64,000 nucleotides of DNA from an uncultured Muribaculaceae bacterium. Lineage in GTDB: Bacteria; Bacteroidota; Bacteroidia; Bacteroidales; UBA932. The stretch is taken from the NCBI GenBank assembly GCA_964533215.1, contig CAZHLJ010000004.1, positions 191,587 through 255,586 on the forward strand. The letters run 5' to 3'. Below the pieces are notes generated by a model. It was not told where the DNA came from. It searched no databases and worked only from the letters and a program-made list of their open reading frames with translations. The translations under genes were made by a program, and so were the position numbers. How positions within the stretch are numbered: the first letter of the stretch is position 1; each line of letters begins with the position of its first letter. Below are positions 28,388-37,396 of this stretch, one piece after another.

Positions 28388-29811
28388 CAGCAGGGATTAA
28401 ATACAAGAAGCTGGACTGGCCTTTGATAACATGTTACCTTATTCTGATAATCGTAGGATGGGTGAATGTCTTCTCTTCTGTCTATGACCCTGAGCACGGT
28501 CAGATGTTTGACATGTCTCAGCGATACGGGATGCAGTTCATCTGGATTCTGACATCACTCGGGTTAGCGTCCCTGATAATTTTTGCCATAAGCCCGAAAG
28601 TGTATGACGTAACAGCCTGGATGTTATATGCAGCAAGTATATTCATGCTCGTTTTGGTAATTTTTGCCGGAGTTGAGGTAAACGGGTCAAAATCATGGTT
28701 CATGCTTGGGCCTGTGCGCTTCCAACCCGCAGAATTCTCAAAGATTGCTACGGCTCTTGCTCTATCGGCTCTTATGAGTTCCTACAACTTTAAGTTCAAA
28801 TCTCTGCCGAGTCTATGCAAGATAGGCCTTACTATTATAATCCCTATGGCATTGATAGTTCTTGAAAAGGAGACAGGATCTGCATTGGTCTATGGCGCAT
28901 TTATAATAATGCTTTACCGAGAAGGGCTGAGCGGCTGGTACCTTGTGTTCGGTGTTCTGGCAATAATACTTTTCCTGATAACTCTCTCATTCTCTCCCTT
29001 CGTGGCGATAATATGCCTGTTTGGAATAATTGTAGTTGCAAGGGGGCTCTTTACTCATACGATTTTTGCTCACTCTATCTTTCTCCTGTTTTACCTGCCG
29101 ATACTGATATTTTCAAGAAAGCTTGGGGAGCTTGGCATTTTCAGTGGGGTTTTCCAATTGGCAGATACAATATGGCTCATTATTTTCATTATTCCACCCT
29201 TCATATATCATTTGATAGCCACTTTCAAGCAAAAAACGTCTCATCTTTGGTACACTCTGATATGTTTCATAGTCTCCCTCGCATTGATTTTCTCTGTTGA
29301 CTTCATTTTTGACAAAGTCCTCCAGGATCACCAAAGAGCTAGAATTGAAAATCTGCTGGGAATAAACGTTGATCTAAGGGGCGCCGGCTACAATGTCTAT
29401 CAATCCAAGATAGCTATCGGTTCCGGAGGATTGTGGGGCAAAGGGTTTCTTGAGGGAACACAGACAAAATTCAACTTCGTTCCGGAACAGAGTACTGACT
29501 TCATTTTCTGCACAGTAGGTGAAGAGTGGGGGTTTATCGGATGCCTGTTTGTCATTTTCATATACTGCTATATGATTATCCGGATAATCAATCTCTCCGA
29601 GAAGCAGAAAGACAATTTCGCACGATTATATGGATACTGTCTGGCATCCGTAATATTCCTTCATTTCTTCATTAACATAGGAATGACAATCGGGCTTGTA
29701 CCTGTAATAGGAATCCCCCTGCCCTTTGTGAGCTACGGGGGATCTTCTCTATGGAGCTTTACTGTTTTTCTTTTTATATTTATCCGATTGGATCTGGAAC
29801 GTTGGAAGTAG
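28384..29811 (+). CDS. rodA: Rod shape-determining protein RodA (SEDS)
   Basis: FQPAEFSK, SKIAIGSGG, VPEQSTDFIF, PLPFVSYGGSS motifs. Confidence 0.96.
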   Translation: MTAGIKYKKLDWPLITCYLILIIVGWVNVFSSVYDPEHGQMFDMSQRYGMQFIWILTSLGLASLIIFAISPKVYDVTAWMLYAASIFMLVLVIFAGVEVNGSKSWFMLGPVRFQPAEFSKIATALALSALMSSYNFKFKSLPSLCKIGLTIIIPMALIVLEKETGSALVYGAFIIMLYREGLSGWYLVFGVLAIILFLITLSFSPFVAIICLFGIIVVARGLFTHTIFAHSIFLLFYLPILIFSRKLGELGIFSGVFQLADTIWLIIFIIPPFIYHLIATFKQKTSHLWYTLICFIVSLALIFSVDFIFDKVLQDHQRARIENLLGINVDLRGAGYNVYQSKIAIGSGGLWGKGFLEGTQTKFNFVPEQSTDFIFCTVGEEWGFIGCLFVIFIYCYMIIRIINLSEKQKDNFARLYGYCLASVIFLHFFINIGMTIGLVPVIGIPLPFVSYGGSSLWSFTVFLFIFIRLDLERWK

Positions 29812-30154
29812 TATCTTCACATTCGGTAAAAGGATTATCCGATTTGATGTAAATCATCAGAGTTCCTTTTGCAAGTTTTTCTCCTTCACTAACCAAGATC
29901 TTTTCTATTGTACCGGCAAATGGGGCTCTAATGATATTTTTCATCTTCATTGCCTCATACACCATGATCTGCTGACCGTTAGCCACATGATCCGAAACTT
30001 TTACCAAAATTTCAGATACCGTTCCGGGGATTATTGAAAATATCTCCTGAGGGTCTGGCTTTTGCCAGCTCTTACGATTCCGGACCTTCTTGGTGAGAGT
30101 TGTCTCATATTTGGCAGCATCGGGAAAGATCTGTAAAAATTCAATATTTTTCAT
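29780..30154 (-). CDS. Biotin carboxyl carrier protein
   Basis: EAMKM biotinylation motif; follows the carboxyltransferase gene. Confidence 0.9.
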   Translation of the reverse strand: MKNIEFLQIFPDAAKYETTLTKKVRNRKSWQKPDPQEIFSIIPGTVSEILVKVSDHVANGQQIMVYEAMKMKNIIRAPFAGTIEKILVSEGEKLAKGTLMIYIKSDNPFTECEDTTSNVPDPIG

Positions 30155-30172
30155 CAATTATTGTTTTAACTG

Positions 30173-31720
30173 TTAAAATGGTGGAAGGCCATGCTTCTTG
30201 TTAGGACGCTTGACTGTTTTGTTTTCAGATACTTCAAAGGCGTGTATCAGATACCTTCTTGTATCTGCAGGATGTATTACAGAGTCGATGTATCCTTTTG
30301 CTGCTGCAACATACGGATTTGCGAACTTTTGTTTGTACTCCTCTACCTTTGCCTTTCTCATAGCTTCAGAATCTGCTGCCTCGACAATTTCCTTACGGAA
30401 GATAATATTGGCAGCTCCCTCAGGACCCATAACGGCAATCTCGGCAAGAGGCCATGCAAAAACAAAGTCTGCCCTCAAATGACGGGAATTCATTGCAATA
30501 TAACCTCCGCCATATGCTTTTCTTAGAATAACTGTTACTTTTGGAACAGTTGCCTCGCTGTAAGCATATAATAATTTTGCACCATGTCTTATCACACCTG
30601 CGTGCTCCTGATCCACACCTGGAAGATACCCTGGCATGTCTTCAAGAGTGACGATAGGAATATTGAAAGCATCACAATAACGGATAAACCTTGCAGCCTT
30701 GTCAGAAGAGTCGCAGTCCAGCACGCCGGCCAGTACCAAAGGCTGATTGGCTACGAAGCCAACGCTACGTCCATCTATTCTTCCAAATCCAACTACGATG
30801 TTTGCTGCCCATAACTCATGAACCTCAAAAAACAGAGAGTCATCAGTAATAGCTTTGATAACATCTCTAACATCATAAGGTTTGGATGGGTCATCCGGAA
30901 CTATTGCATCAATCTTGTACTTCTTTGAAGGAGCCGCTGCCTTGGTTTTTAGATTTTTGCACTCATTGTGTGCGGGGATATAATCCAAGAGTGTCTTTAT
31001 CTGCTCAAAGCATTCAGCTTCATTGTTTGCAAAGAAATGTGCGTTACCTGTCGTTTCGCTGTGTACTCTTGCACCTCCGAGAGACTCCATATCTATCTCC
31101 TCACCCAGAACAGATTTAATAACCTCAGGTCCGGTGATGAACATTTTGGAAATCTTGTCAACAACAAAAACGAAGTCTGTCAATGCCGGTGAATAAACAG
31201 CTCCACCTGCACATGGACCTAAAATTACTGACAACTGTGGAATTACACCACTAGCCATCGTGTTTCTGAAGAAAATCTCTCCATAACCTGCAAGTGAATT
31301 CACACCCTCCTGGATACGTGCTCCTCCTGAATCATTGATACCTATCAAAGGTATCCTCATCTTAAGAGCATAATCCATTATTTTGGTTATTTTCCTTGCA
31401 TGCATGGAACCTAAGGAACCACCGGCTACAGTAAAGTCTTGAGCATATATTGCTACTGGTTTTCCTTTAATTGTGCCTGTACCTATGACAACTCCGTCTC
31501 CTGCGAGATCTTTACCCTCCATTCCGAATTCACGAGCGTCATGTTCAATGAAAAGGTCGTATTCATAAAAAGAGCCCTCATCCAATAGCTGGCTGATTCT
31601 CTCTCTTGCCGGAAGTTTTCCCATAGCAATCTGTTTAGCAATTGCTGTTGCACCACCTCCTTGTTCTGCTTTAGCAGTCCTTTCCTGTAGTTCAGAAATC
31701 TTTCTACTTAGTAAACTCAT
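30173..31720 (-). CDS. Acyl-CoA carboxylase/decarboxylase carboxyltransferase subunit (PccB/MmdA family)
   Basis: ARERI, DFTVAGGSLG, DSGGARIQEG, GPCAGGAVYSPA, RKAYGG, KKHG..P motifs. Confidence 0.93.
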   Translation of the reverse strand: MSLLSRKISELQERTAKAEQGGGATAIAKQIAMGKLPARERISQLLDEGSFYEYDLFIEHDAREFGMEGKDLAGDGVVIGTGTIKGKPVAIYAQDFTVAGGSLGSMHARKITKIMDYALKMRIPLIGINDSGGARIQEGVNSLAGYGEIFFRNTMASGVIPQLSVILGPCAGGAVYSPALTDFVFVVDKISKMFITGPEVIKSVLGEEIDMESLGGARVHSETTGNAHFFANNEAECFEQIKTLLDYIPAHNECKNLKTKAAAPSKKYKIDAIVPDDPSKPYDVRDVIKAITDDSLFFEVHELWAANIVVGFGRIDGRSVGFVANQPLVLAGVLDCDSSDKAARFIRYCDAFNIPIVTLEDMPGYLPGVDQEHAGVIRHGAKLLYAYSEATVPKVTVILRKAYGGGYIAMNSRHLRADFVFAWPLAEIAVMGPEGAANIIFRKEIVEAADSEAMRKAKVEEYKQKFANPYVAAAKGYIDSVIHPADTRRYLIHAFEVSENKTVKRPNKKHGLPPF

Positions 31721-31742
31721 TCTATTTTTTGTTTTAGTGTCA

Positions 31743-31796
31743 CGAAGGTATGAAAATTATTTAATACACAAATTTTCGAATAATTCACTACATTTG
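31743..31796. promoter_or_regulatory. Divergent -7 boxes for the carboxyltransferase operon and gcvP
   Basis: Minus TACCTTCG (31750-31743, variant) and plus TACATTTG (31789-31796). Confidence 0.55.
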
Positions 31797-31837
31797 TTGT
31801 TTCAAATTAACGCATAAATCTAATAAATACATACAAT

Positions 31838-34666
31838 ATGTCACTTTCATTTGCCGATCGCCACAATGGCCCACGCGAACACGAAATCAAAGAGATGCTC
31901 AATTTCATTGGTGCACAAAATCTTGATGAGCTAACAAAACAGACTGTTCCTTCCGACATAATGTTAGAGAAGCCCCTTGCTCTCGACAATGCAATAAGTG
32001 AATCGGAATACCTTACCAAATTAAAGGCCATTGCCTCTAAGAATAAAAGCTTACGCTCACTTATAGGACAAGGTTTCTACGGTACTGCAACCCTTTCAGT
32101 TGTAGTAAGAAATATTTTTGAAAACCCAAGTTGGTATACCTCATACACTCCATATCAGGCCGAGATTTCCCAAGGCCGTCTTGAGGCGCTGCTCAATTTC
32201 CAGACAATGGTCTCCAGCCTTACAGGATTCAAGATGTCAAACTGCTCTATGCTTGATGACGCAACTGCTGCCGGTGAGGCAATGAGAATGATGTACGAGT
32301 TACGTTCAAGGGAGGCTGTCAAAGCTGGAAGAAACAAGGTTTTTGTAGATTCAAATATTTTCCCTCAGGTGCTTTCTGTTATTGAAACAAGAGCAGCTGC
32401 TCTTGGCATAGAAGTCGTGGTTGGAAACTTCCAGGCGTATAAGTTCGACCCTAAATGCTATGGCGCTATTGTACAATATCCAGCCGCTAACGGTGAAGTC
32501 CGTGATTACGCCTCATTCTGCGAGGATGCTCATTCCAATGGTGCTCTGGTTACAGCTGTCACAGACCTACTGGCACTTGCCTTGCTTAAAGAGCCGGCAT
32601 CATGGGGAGCTGACATAGCTGTAGGCTCTTCTCAAAGATTTGGTCTTCCTATGGGATTTGGCGGTCCTGCTTCAGGATTCATGGCAACAAGAGACGAATA
32701 CAAAAGGCAGATGCCGGGCAGGATTATCGGAGTTTCCGTAGACAGGTTAGGCAAACCGGCACTGCGTATGGCTCTCCAGACACGTGAACAGCATATCAAG
32801 AGAGAGAAGGCAACTTCAAATATCTGTACCTCTACGGCCCTTATGGCAACAATGAGCGGTATGTTTGCAGTTTATCACGGTCCGGAAGGAGTAAGGTCAA
32901 TTGCCGAAAATGCATCGTCATTCGCACATACTGTTGCTGATGAGCTAAGAAAGGTTGGGCTTAAGTTAAGCACGGAAAACTTCTTCGACACAATCGAGAT
33001 TGTGGGAATAGACTCAAATGCTGTTAAAATCCAGGCTCTGGAGAAAGGGCTTAATTTCTACTATCCTAACAGCTCAACAGTACGCATAAGTTTCGACGAA
33101 CTTTCAAACTGCTATGAAGCAACTACTATTCTTGAAATTTTTGGTCGTAAAATGCAGAGTTGTACAGGAAAAGTTCCGGAAAATTTCTTCATGAAACGCA
33201 CCTCGCCTATCCTTACTGAGGAGGTATTCAACAAATACCACTCAGAAACAGAGATGATGAGATACATTAAGAAACTGGAGAGAAGGGATATCTCTCTTAC
33301 ACACTCAATGACTCCGCTAGGATCATGCACAATGAAGCTTAATGCTGCTGTTGAAATGCTTCCTTTAAGCTGGAGCGAATTTGCAAATATACATCCTTTT
33401 GCTCCTGTAGATCAGGTTGGCGGATATCTTCAGTTGATAAAAGAGGTGGAACAGGATCTGGCAACAATTACTGGTTTCCACGCCTGCTCGCTTCAACCAA
33501 ATTCCGGAGCTGCCGGAGAGTACGCCGGACTTATGACCATCAGGGCATACCATATTGCAAAAGGAAACACTCAAAGAAACATATCAATCATACCTACATC
33601 TGCACACGGCACAAACCCTGCCTCAGCAGCTATGGCCGGAATGGAGATAGTTCTAGTCTCTTGTGACGAAAAAGGCAACATCAATGTGGACGAGCTTCGC
33701 GAGAAAGCCCAGGCTAACAAGGAGAGGCTCTCCTGCCTTATGATTACATACCCTTCCACTCATGGTGTGTTCGAGTCTAAAATAAGAGAGATCGTAAACA
33801 TTATCCACGAAAATGGTGGACTAGTATATATGGACGGTGCAAATATGAATGCACAGGTAGGCATCACCAATCCTGGCTTCATCGGTGCAGACATCTGTCA
33901 CTTGAATCTTCACAAGACATTTGCAATGCCTCATGGAGGCGGTGGTCCAGGTGTAGGTCCTATCTGTGCTACAAAAGAGCTTGCTCCATATATGCCTGGT
34001 CATCCTATGCTGAACACCAATTCTTCAAAGGGAGTCAAAGCTGTCAGCTCAGCTCCTTACGGAAGTCCTTTATTGTTACCTGTAACACACGCATATATAA
34101 AGCTTCTAGGCTATGAAGGTCTTAGAAAAGCTACACAGATTGCAATCCTGAATGCCAACTATATGTCGGCAAAACTGGCATCAGCTGGCTTTGAAACTTT
34201 GTACACTGGTGAGAATGCAAGAGTTGCCCACGAATGTATAATTGACGTAAGACATTATACCAAAGAGTACGGTGTAGATGCCGGAGATATAGCAAAACGC
34301 CTTATGGATTTCGGATTCCATGCTCCTACCCTCTCTTTTCCTGTTCACGAAACTCTAATGATTGAACCAACCGAGAGTGAGTCTAAAGCTGAGATGGACC
34401 GCTTTATTGAGTCTCTAGAAACAATTAAGAGAGAGTGTGAAGATATACGTGACGGTAAACTTGACAAAGAAGACAACCCTCTTAAAAATTCACCTCACAC
34501 AGCCTTAGAAGTCACAGCTTCAGAATGGAATCACAAATACAGCCGTGAACAGGCATCTTATCCTCTTGAATGGATAAAAGAGAACAAGTTCTGGCCGCAG
34601 GTTGCAAGAGTCGACAATGGCTTCGGAGACAGGAATCTTGTATGTACATGCGAAGGATGGCTCTAA
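31838..34666 (+). CDS. gcvP: Glycine dehydrogenase (glycine cleavage P protein, single chain)
   Basis: YTPYQAEISQGRLE, QTREQHIKREKATSNICT, PLGSCTMK, HLNLHKTF, PHGGGGPG motifs. Confidence 0.98.
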   Translation: MSLSFADRHNGPREHEIKEMLNFIGAQNLDELTKQTVPSDIMLEKPLALDNAISESEYLTKLKAIASKNKSLRSLIGQGFYGTATLSVVVRNIFENPSWYTSYTPYQAEISQGRLEALLNFQTMVSSLTGFKMSNCSMLDDATAAGEAMRMMYELRSREAVKAGRNKVFVDSNIFPQVLSVIETRAAALGIEVVVGNFQAYKFDPKCYGAIVQYPAANGEVRDYASFCEDAHSNGALVTAVTDLLALALLKEPASWGADIAVGSSQRFGLPMGFGGPASGFMATRDEYKRQMPGRIIGVSVDRLGKPALRMALQTREQHIKREKATSNICTSTALMATMSGMFAVYHGPEGVRSIAENASSFAHTVADELRKVGLKLSTENFFDTIEIVGIDSNAVKIQALEKGLNFYYPNSSTVRISFDELSNCYEATTILEIFGRKMQSCTGKVPENFFMKRTSPILTEEVFNKYHSETEMMRYIKKLERRDISLTHSMTPLGSCTMKLNAAVEMLPLSWSEFANIHPFAPVDQVGGYLQLIKEVEQDLATITGFHACSLQPNSGAAGEYAGLMTIRAYHIAKGNTQRNISIIPTSAHGTNPASAAMAGMEIVLVSCDEKGNINVDELREKAQANKERLSCLMITYPSTHGVFESKIREIVNIIHENGGLVYMDGANMNAQVGITNPGFIGADICHLNLHKTFAMPHGGGGPGVGPICATKELAPYMPGHPMLNTNSSKGVKAVSSAPYGSPLLLPVTHAYIKLLGYEGLRKATQIAILNANYMSAKLASAGFETLYTGENARVAHECIIDVRHYTKEYGVDAGDIAKRLMDFGFHAPTLSFPVHETLMIEPTESESKAEMDRFIESLETIKRECEDIRDGKLDKEDNPLKNSPHTALEVTASEWNHKYSREQASYPLEWIKENKFWPQVARVDNGFGDRNLVCTCEGWL

Positions 34667-34698
34667 AACAATTGTTATAACCCAATTATAAAATTAAA

Positions 34699-35433
34699 AT
34701 GAAAAAATTATTGATGTTTTCTTGCATGCTTTTATTGGTACTAGGTGCCAATAGCAGTGCATTTGCTCAGACAAAAGAGCAAGAGGCCGAGATCTCTTCG
34801 GACGTTCCTGAACTGAGCGCTTTCCACACAATCATCTATCCTATGTGGCACAAGGCATATCCTGCAAAAGATGTAGAAATGCTTAAGGGCTTTATTCCTC
34901 AGATTAAAGCTAACATGGAAAAGATGAACAGCGCAAAGCTTCCTGGTATCCTGAGAGATAAAGAGGCTCAATGGAAGGAACAACTTGTAAAATTCAATGC
35001 TGTTGCTGAATCTTACTACAAAGCATGTTCAGACAATGACACTGAGGCTATCCTTAAAGCTGCTGAAAATTTCCACAGAGCTTACGAAGGAATGAACAGA
35101 GTTGTTAAGCCATTCGTTAAAGAGATGGATGCATATCACCAGACTCTTTATGTGATTTATCATAAACTATACCCGGAAAAGAATTACAAGGCAATTGCTG
35201 AAGGAATGGACAAATTCATTGCTGAGGCTGATGCTCTTACCAAGACTGATCCTGTAAGACTGGAAAAAAGATTAAAAGAAAACGTTGCTAAGTATAACAC
35301 TGTAGCAAAAGAACTTTATGACAACACCGTAGCTTTGAAGGCTGCCCTAGGCCAGAAAAATGCTAAGGATAAAGATGCTGCCATTGAAAAAATGCACTCT
35401 TCCTACAAAAAACTGGAAGCCGTATTCAATTAA
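34699..35433 (+). CDS. Exported all-helical protein with two internal His-motif repeats
   Basis: Signal peptide ending AFA-Q; two ~100-aa repeats each with H-x7-H and a distal H. Confidence 0.8.
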   Translation: MKKLLMFSCMLLLVLGANSSAFAQTKEQEAEISSDVPELSAFHTIIYPMWHKAYPAKDVEMLKGFIPQIKANMEKMNSAKLPGILRDKEAQWKEQLVKFNAVAESYYKACSDNDTEAILKAAENFHRAYEGMNRVVKPFVKEMDAYHQTLYVIYHKLYPEKNYKAIAEGMDKFIAEADALTKTDPVRLEKRLKENVAKYNTVAKELYDNTVALKAALGQKNAKDKDAAIEKMHSSYKKLEAVFN

Positions 35434-35452
35434 TCATCATTAAGTAACCTCT

Positions 35453-35491
35453 AAAGCCTGACAATTGTTCATCAATCTGTCAGGCTTTTTT
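35453..35491 (+). terminator. Intrinsic terminator
   Basis: AAAGCCTGACA ... TGTCAGGCTTT followed by a T run. Confidence 0.85.
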
Positions 35492-35530
35492 CATTTCCAT
35501 ACATATGAGTTTTTACTACCTTTGTTTAAC

Positions 35531-37300
35531 GTGAAAAAAAATCTGACCATACTTCTCCGGAATATCTATGCCTTTGCCGCCATTCTGCTTATGCTGAATA
35601 CTGGCACAGTCAAAGGGCAGGATCACAATATGATCAATGCAATCAATGATCAGTTCGCATGTTATATAAAAGATAACAATAACGGTGAAGTCCTTAGGAA
35701 CATCGCTTCATTTTTCTTAAGCACAGGGGAGTTCAATCAGGTGATCAGCTACGCGGAACAGCTCAGGAATCTTGGAGAGAGCAACAACAATATGCGTTAC
35801 CGTGCCTATGCCAATGCTTACCTTGGACAGGCTTATCTTATGACCAACCAGGTTGATGCTGCTAAATCATATCTTAACCAGGCACTAAAACAGGCCACTT
35901 CAATTCAGAACGATTCCATACTATGCTCCGTATACAATGGCCTTGGTCTCTATGCTTCAAACGTGGATGCAGATTATAACGGCTCGATAGAACTATTCTT
36001 CAAAGGAGTTGAAGCATCTAAAAGATGCGCTTTTACACGTCTGTACAACATCCTGCTCTGCAATATCTCAGGGGTGTACTATCTTAAAGGTGATGCCAAT
36101 GGTCTGAAATATGCTCAGGAGTGCTATAATTATGGTCACCTGAAAAACGATCCATTCCTTGCCTTGTGGGGAGCCATAAATTCATCCAAGATGTATTTTC
36201 TGATGGGAGAGTATGAGGAGGCACTCAAATATATAAAGGAGTCGGAATTCTTATTGCAGAAAAACAAATACAAGGACCAGGCAGATGTTTATACAACATA
36301 TGGCGATATTCTTCTTGCACTTGAAGACGAAAAAGGAGCTGACAATTATTACAAAGAGGCTCTCTCAAATATAGGCAGTGCAACATCTTCATCCACTGCA
36401 TACGTTTACCTAAGTTATGGAAAGCGGCTCTTATCCAAAGGAAAATATTCTGAAGCTGTTATCCTTCTTGATAAAGGGCTCAAAGTCTGCATTGAAGCAC
36501 ATAACCGAATTTTCATTAAAGAATTTTATGATGCCCTTAGCAAGTGTTACGAAAAAATGGGGGTCTACAACAAATCTCTAGAATATTATAAAATATACCA
36601 CCAAGAGGTAAGCCACGCCTTTAACGAGGAGAGTGAGCGATCCATGAATAAAATGAGAGTACAGTTCGACACCCAAAAGAAAGAGAATGAGGCAGAGCAG
36701 GCACGACTGGAACTTATAAACAAAAACAGGAAGATGCAATCCCTGCTGATAATTTTATCTCTTGCTGTCCTTACCTCCATATATATATATATTCTTTATG
36801 TCCGCAAGAACAGGCTCTACCGGCAGATTATTATCCGAAACAGAGAGGCTATAAAACGCGAGGACGAACTTAAAGAACAGATAAGCAATTTTAAAAAGGA
36901 CTGCCCTGCAATATCAGAAAGGTATTCTGCATCGTCTCTAAAGGGAGACAAAATTGAAGATATGTTTCTTCAAATACAGCATATCATGAGAGAAGAACAT
37001 CTTTATCATGATCCTGCTCTGACAAAAGAGAAAATTGCTGAAATTTTAGGTACAAACCGTACATATCTGTCACAGGTTATAAATGACAGATCTGGCCTGA
37101 CTGTCCCTCAATACATAAATACTTTCAGAATTGATGAAGCTGTGAGGATACTTTCAGATACCAAAGACGATACCCCTCTCAAGGCAATTGCAATTGACCT
37201 AGGGTTCAATTCAATATCCACCTTCTACAAGCTCTTCCAGACTTCAGTAGGTATGACTCCTTCTCTATACCGCAAGAAAGCCCGCGAATTTTCTTCCTGA
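35531..37300 (+). CDS. Membrane-anchored TPR sensor / AraC-family transcriptional regulator
   Basis: N-terminal signal, TPR repeats, TM helix, C-terminal AraC HTH (LGTNRTYLSQVIN, LGFNSISTFYKLF..GMTP); GTG start just downstream of TACCTTTG at 35517-35524. Confidence 0.88.
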   Translation: MKKNLTILLRNIYAFAAILLMLNTGTVKGQDHNMINAINDQFACYIKDNNNGEVLRNIASFFLSTGEFNQVISYAEQLRNLGESNNNMRYRAYANAYLGQAYLMTNQVDAAKSYLNQALKQATSIQNDSILCSVYNGLGLYASNVDADYNGSIELFFKGVEASKRCAFTRLYNILLCNISGVYYLKGDANGLKYAQECYNYGHLKNDPFLALWGAINSSKMYFLMGEYEEALKYIKESEFLLQKNKYKDQADVYTTYGDILLALEDEKGADNYYKEALSNIGSATSSSTAYVYLSYGKRLLSKGKYSEAVILLDKGLKVCIEAHNRIFIKEFYDALSKCYEKMGVYNKSLEYYKIYHQEVSHAFNEESERSMNKMRVQFDTQKKENEAEQARLELINKNRKMQSLLIILSLAVLTSIYIYILYVRKNRLYRQIIIRNREAIKREDELKEQISNFKKDCPAISERYSASSLKGDKIEDMFLQIQHIMREEHLYHDPALTKEKIAEILGTNRTYLSQVINDRSGLTVPQYINTFRIDEAVRILSDTKDDTPLKAIAIDLGFNSISTFYKLFQTSVGMTPSLYRKKAREFSS

Positions 37301-37396
37301 CTTCTCCTCTAATTTTTATTCCTAATTCGGCAATTGCCGCATGTGCGTGTTTATAAAGGGTAAATTGCGTTGCGATTTAACCAAAATTATAAACAT

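Noticed and set aside
31720..31838. Glycine riboswitch upstream of gcvP
   Set aside because: Only about 40 nt of AT-rich leader after the promoter box; no aptamer motifs
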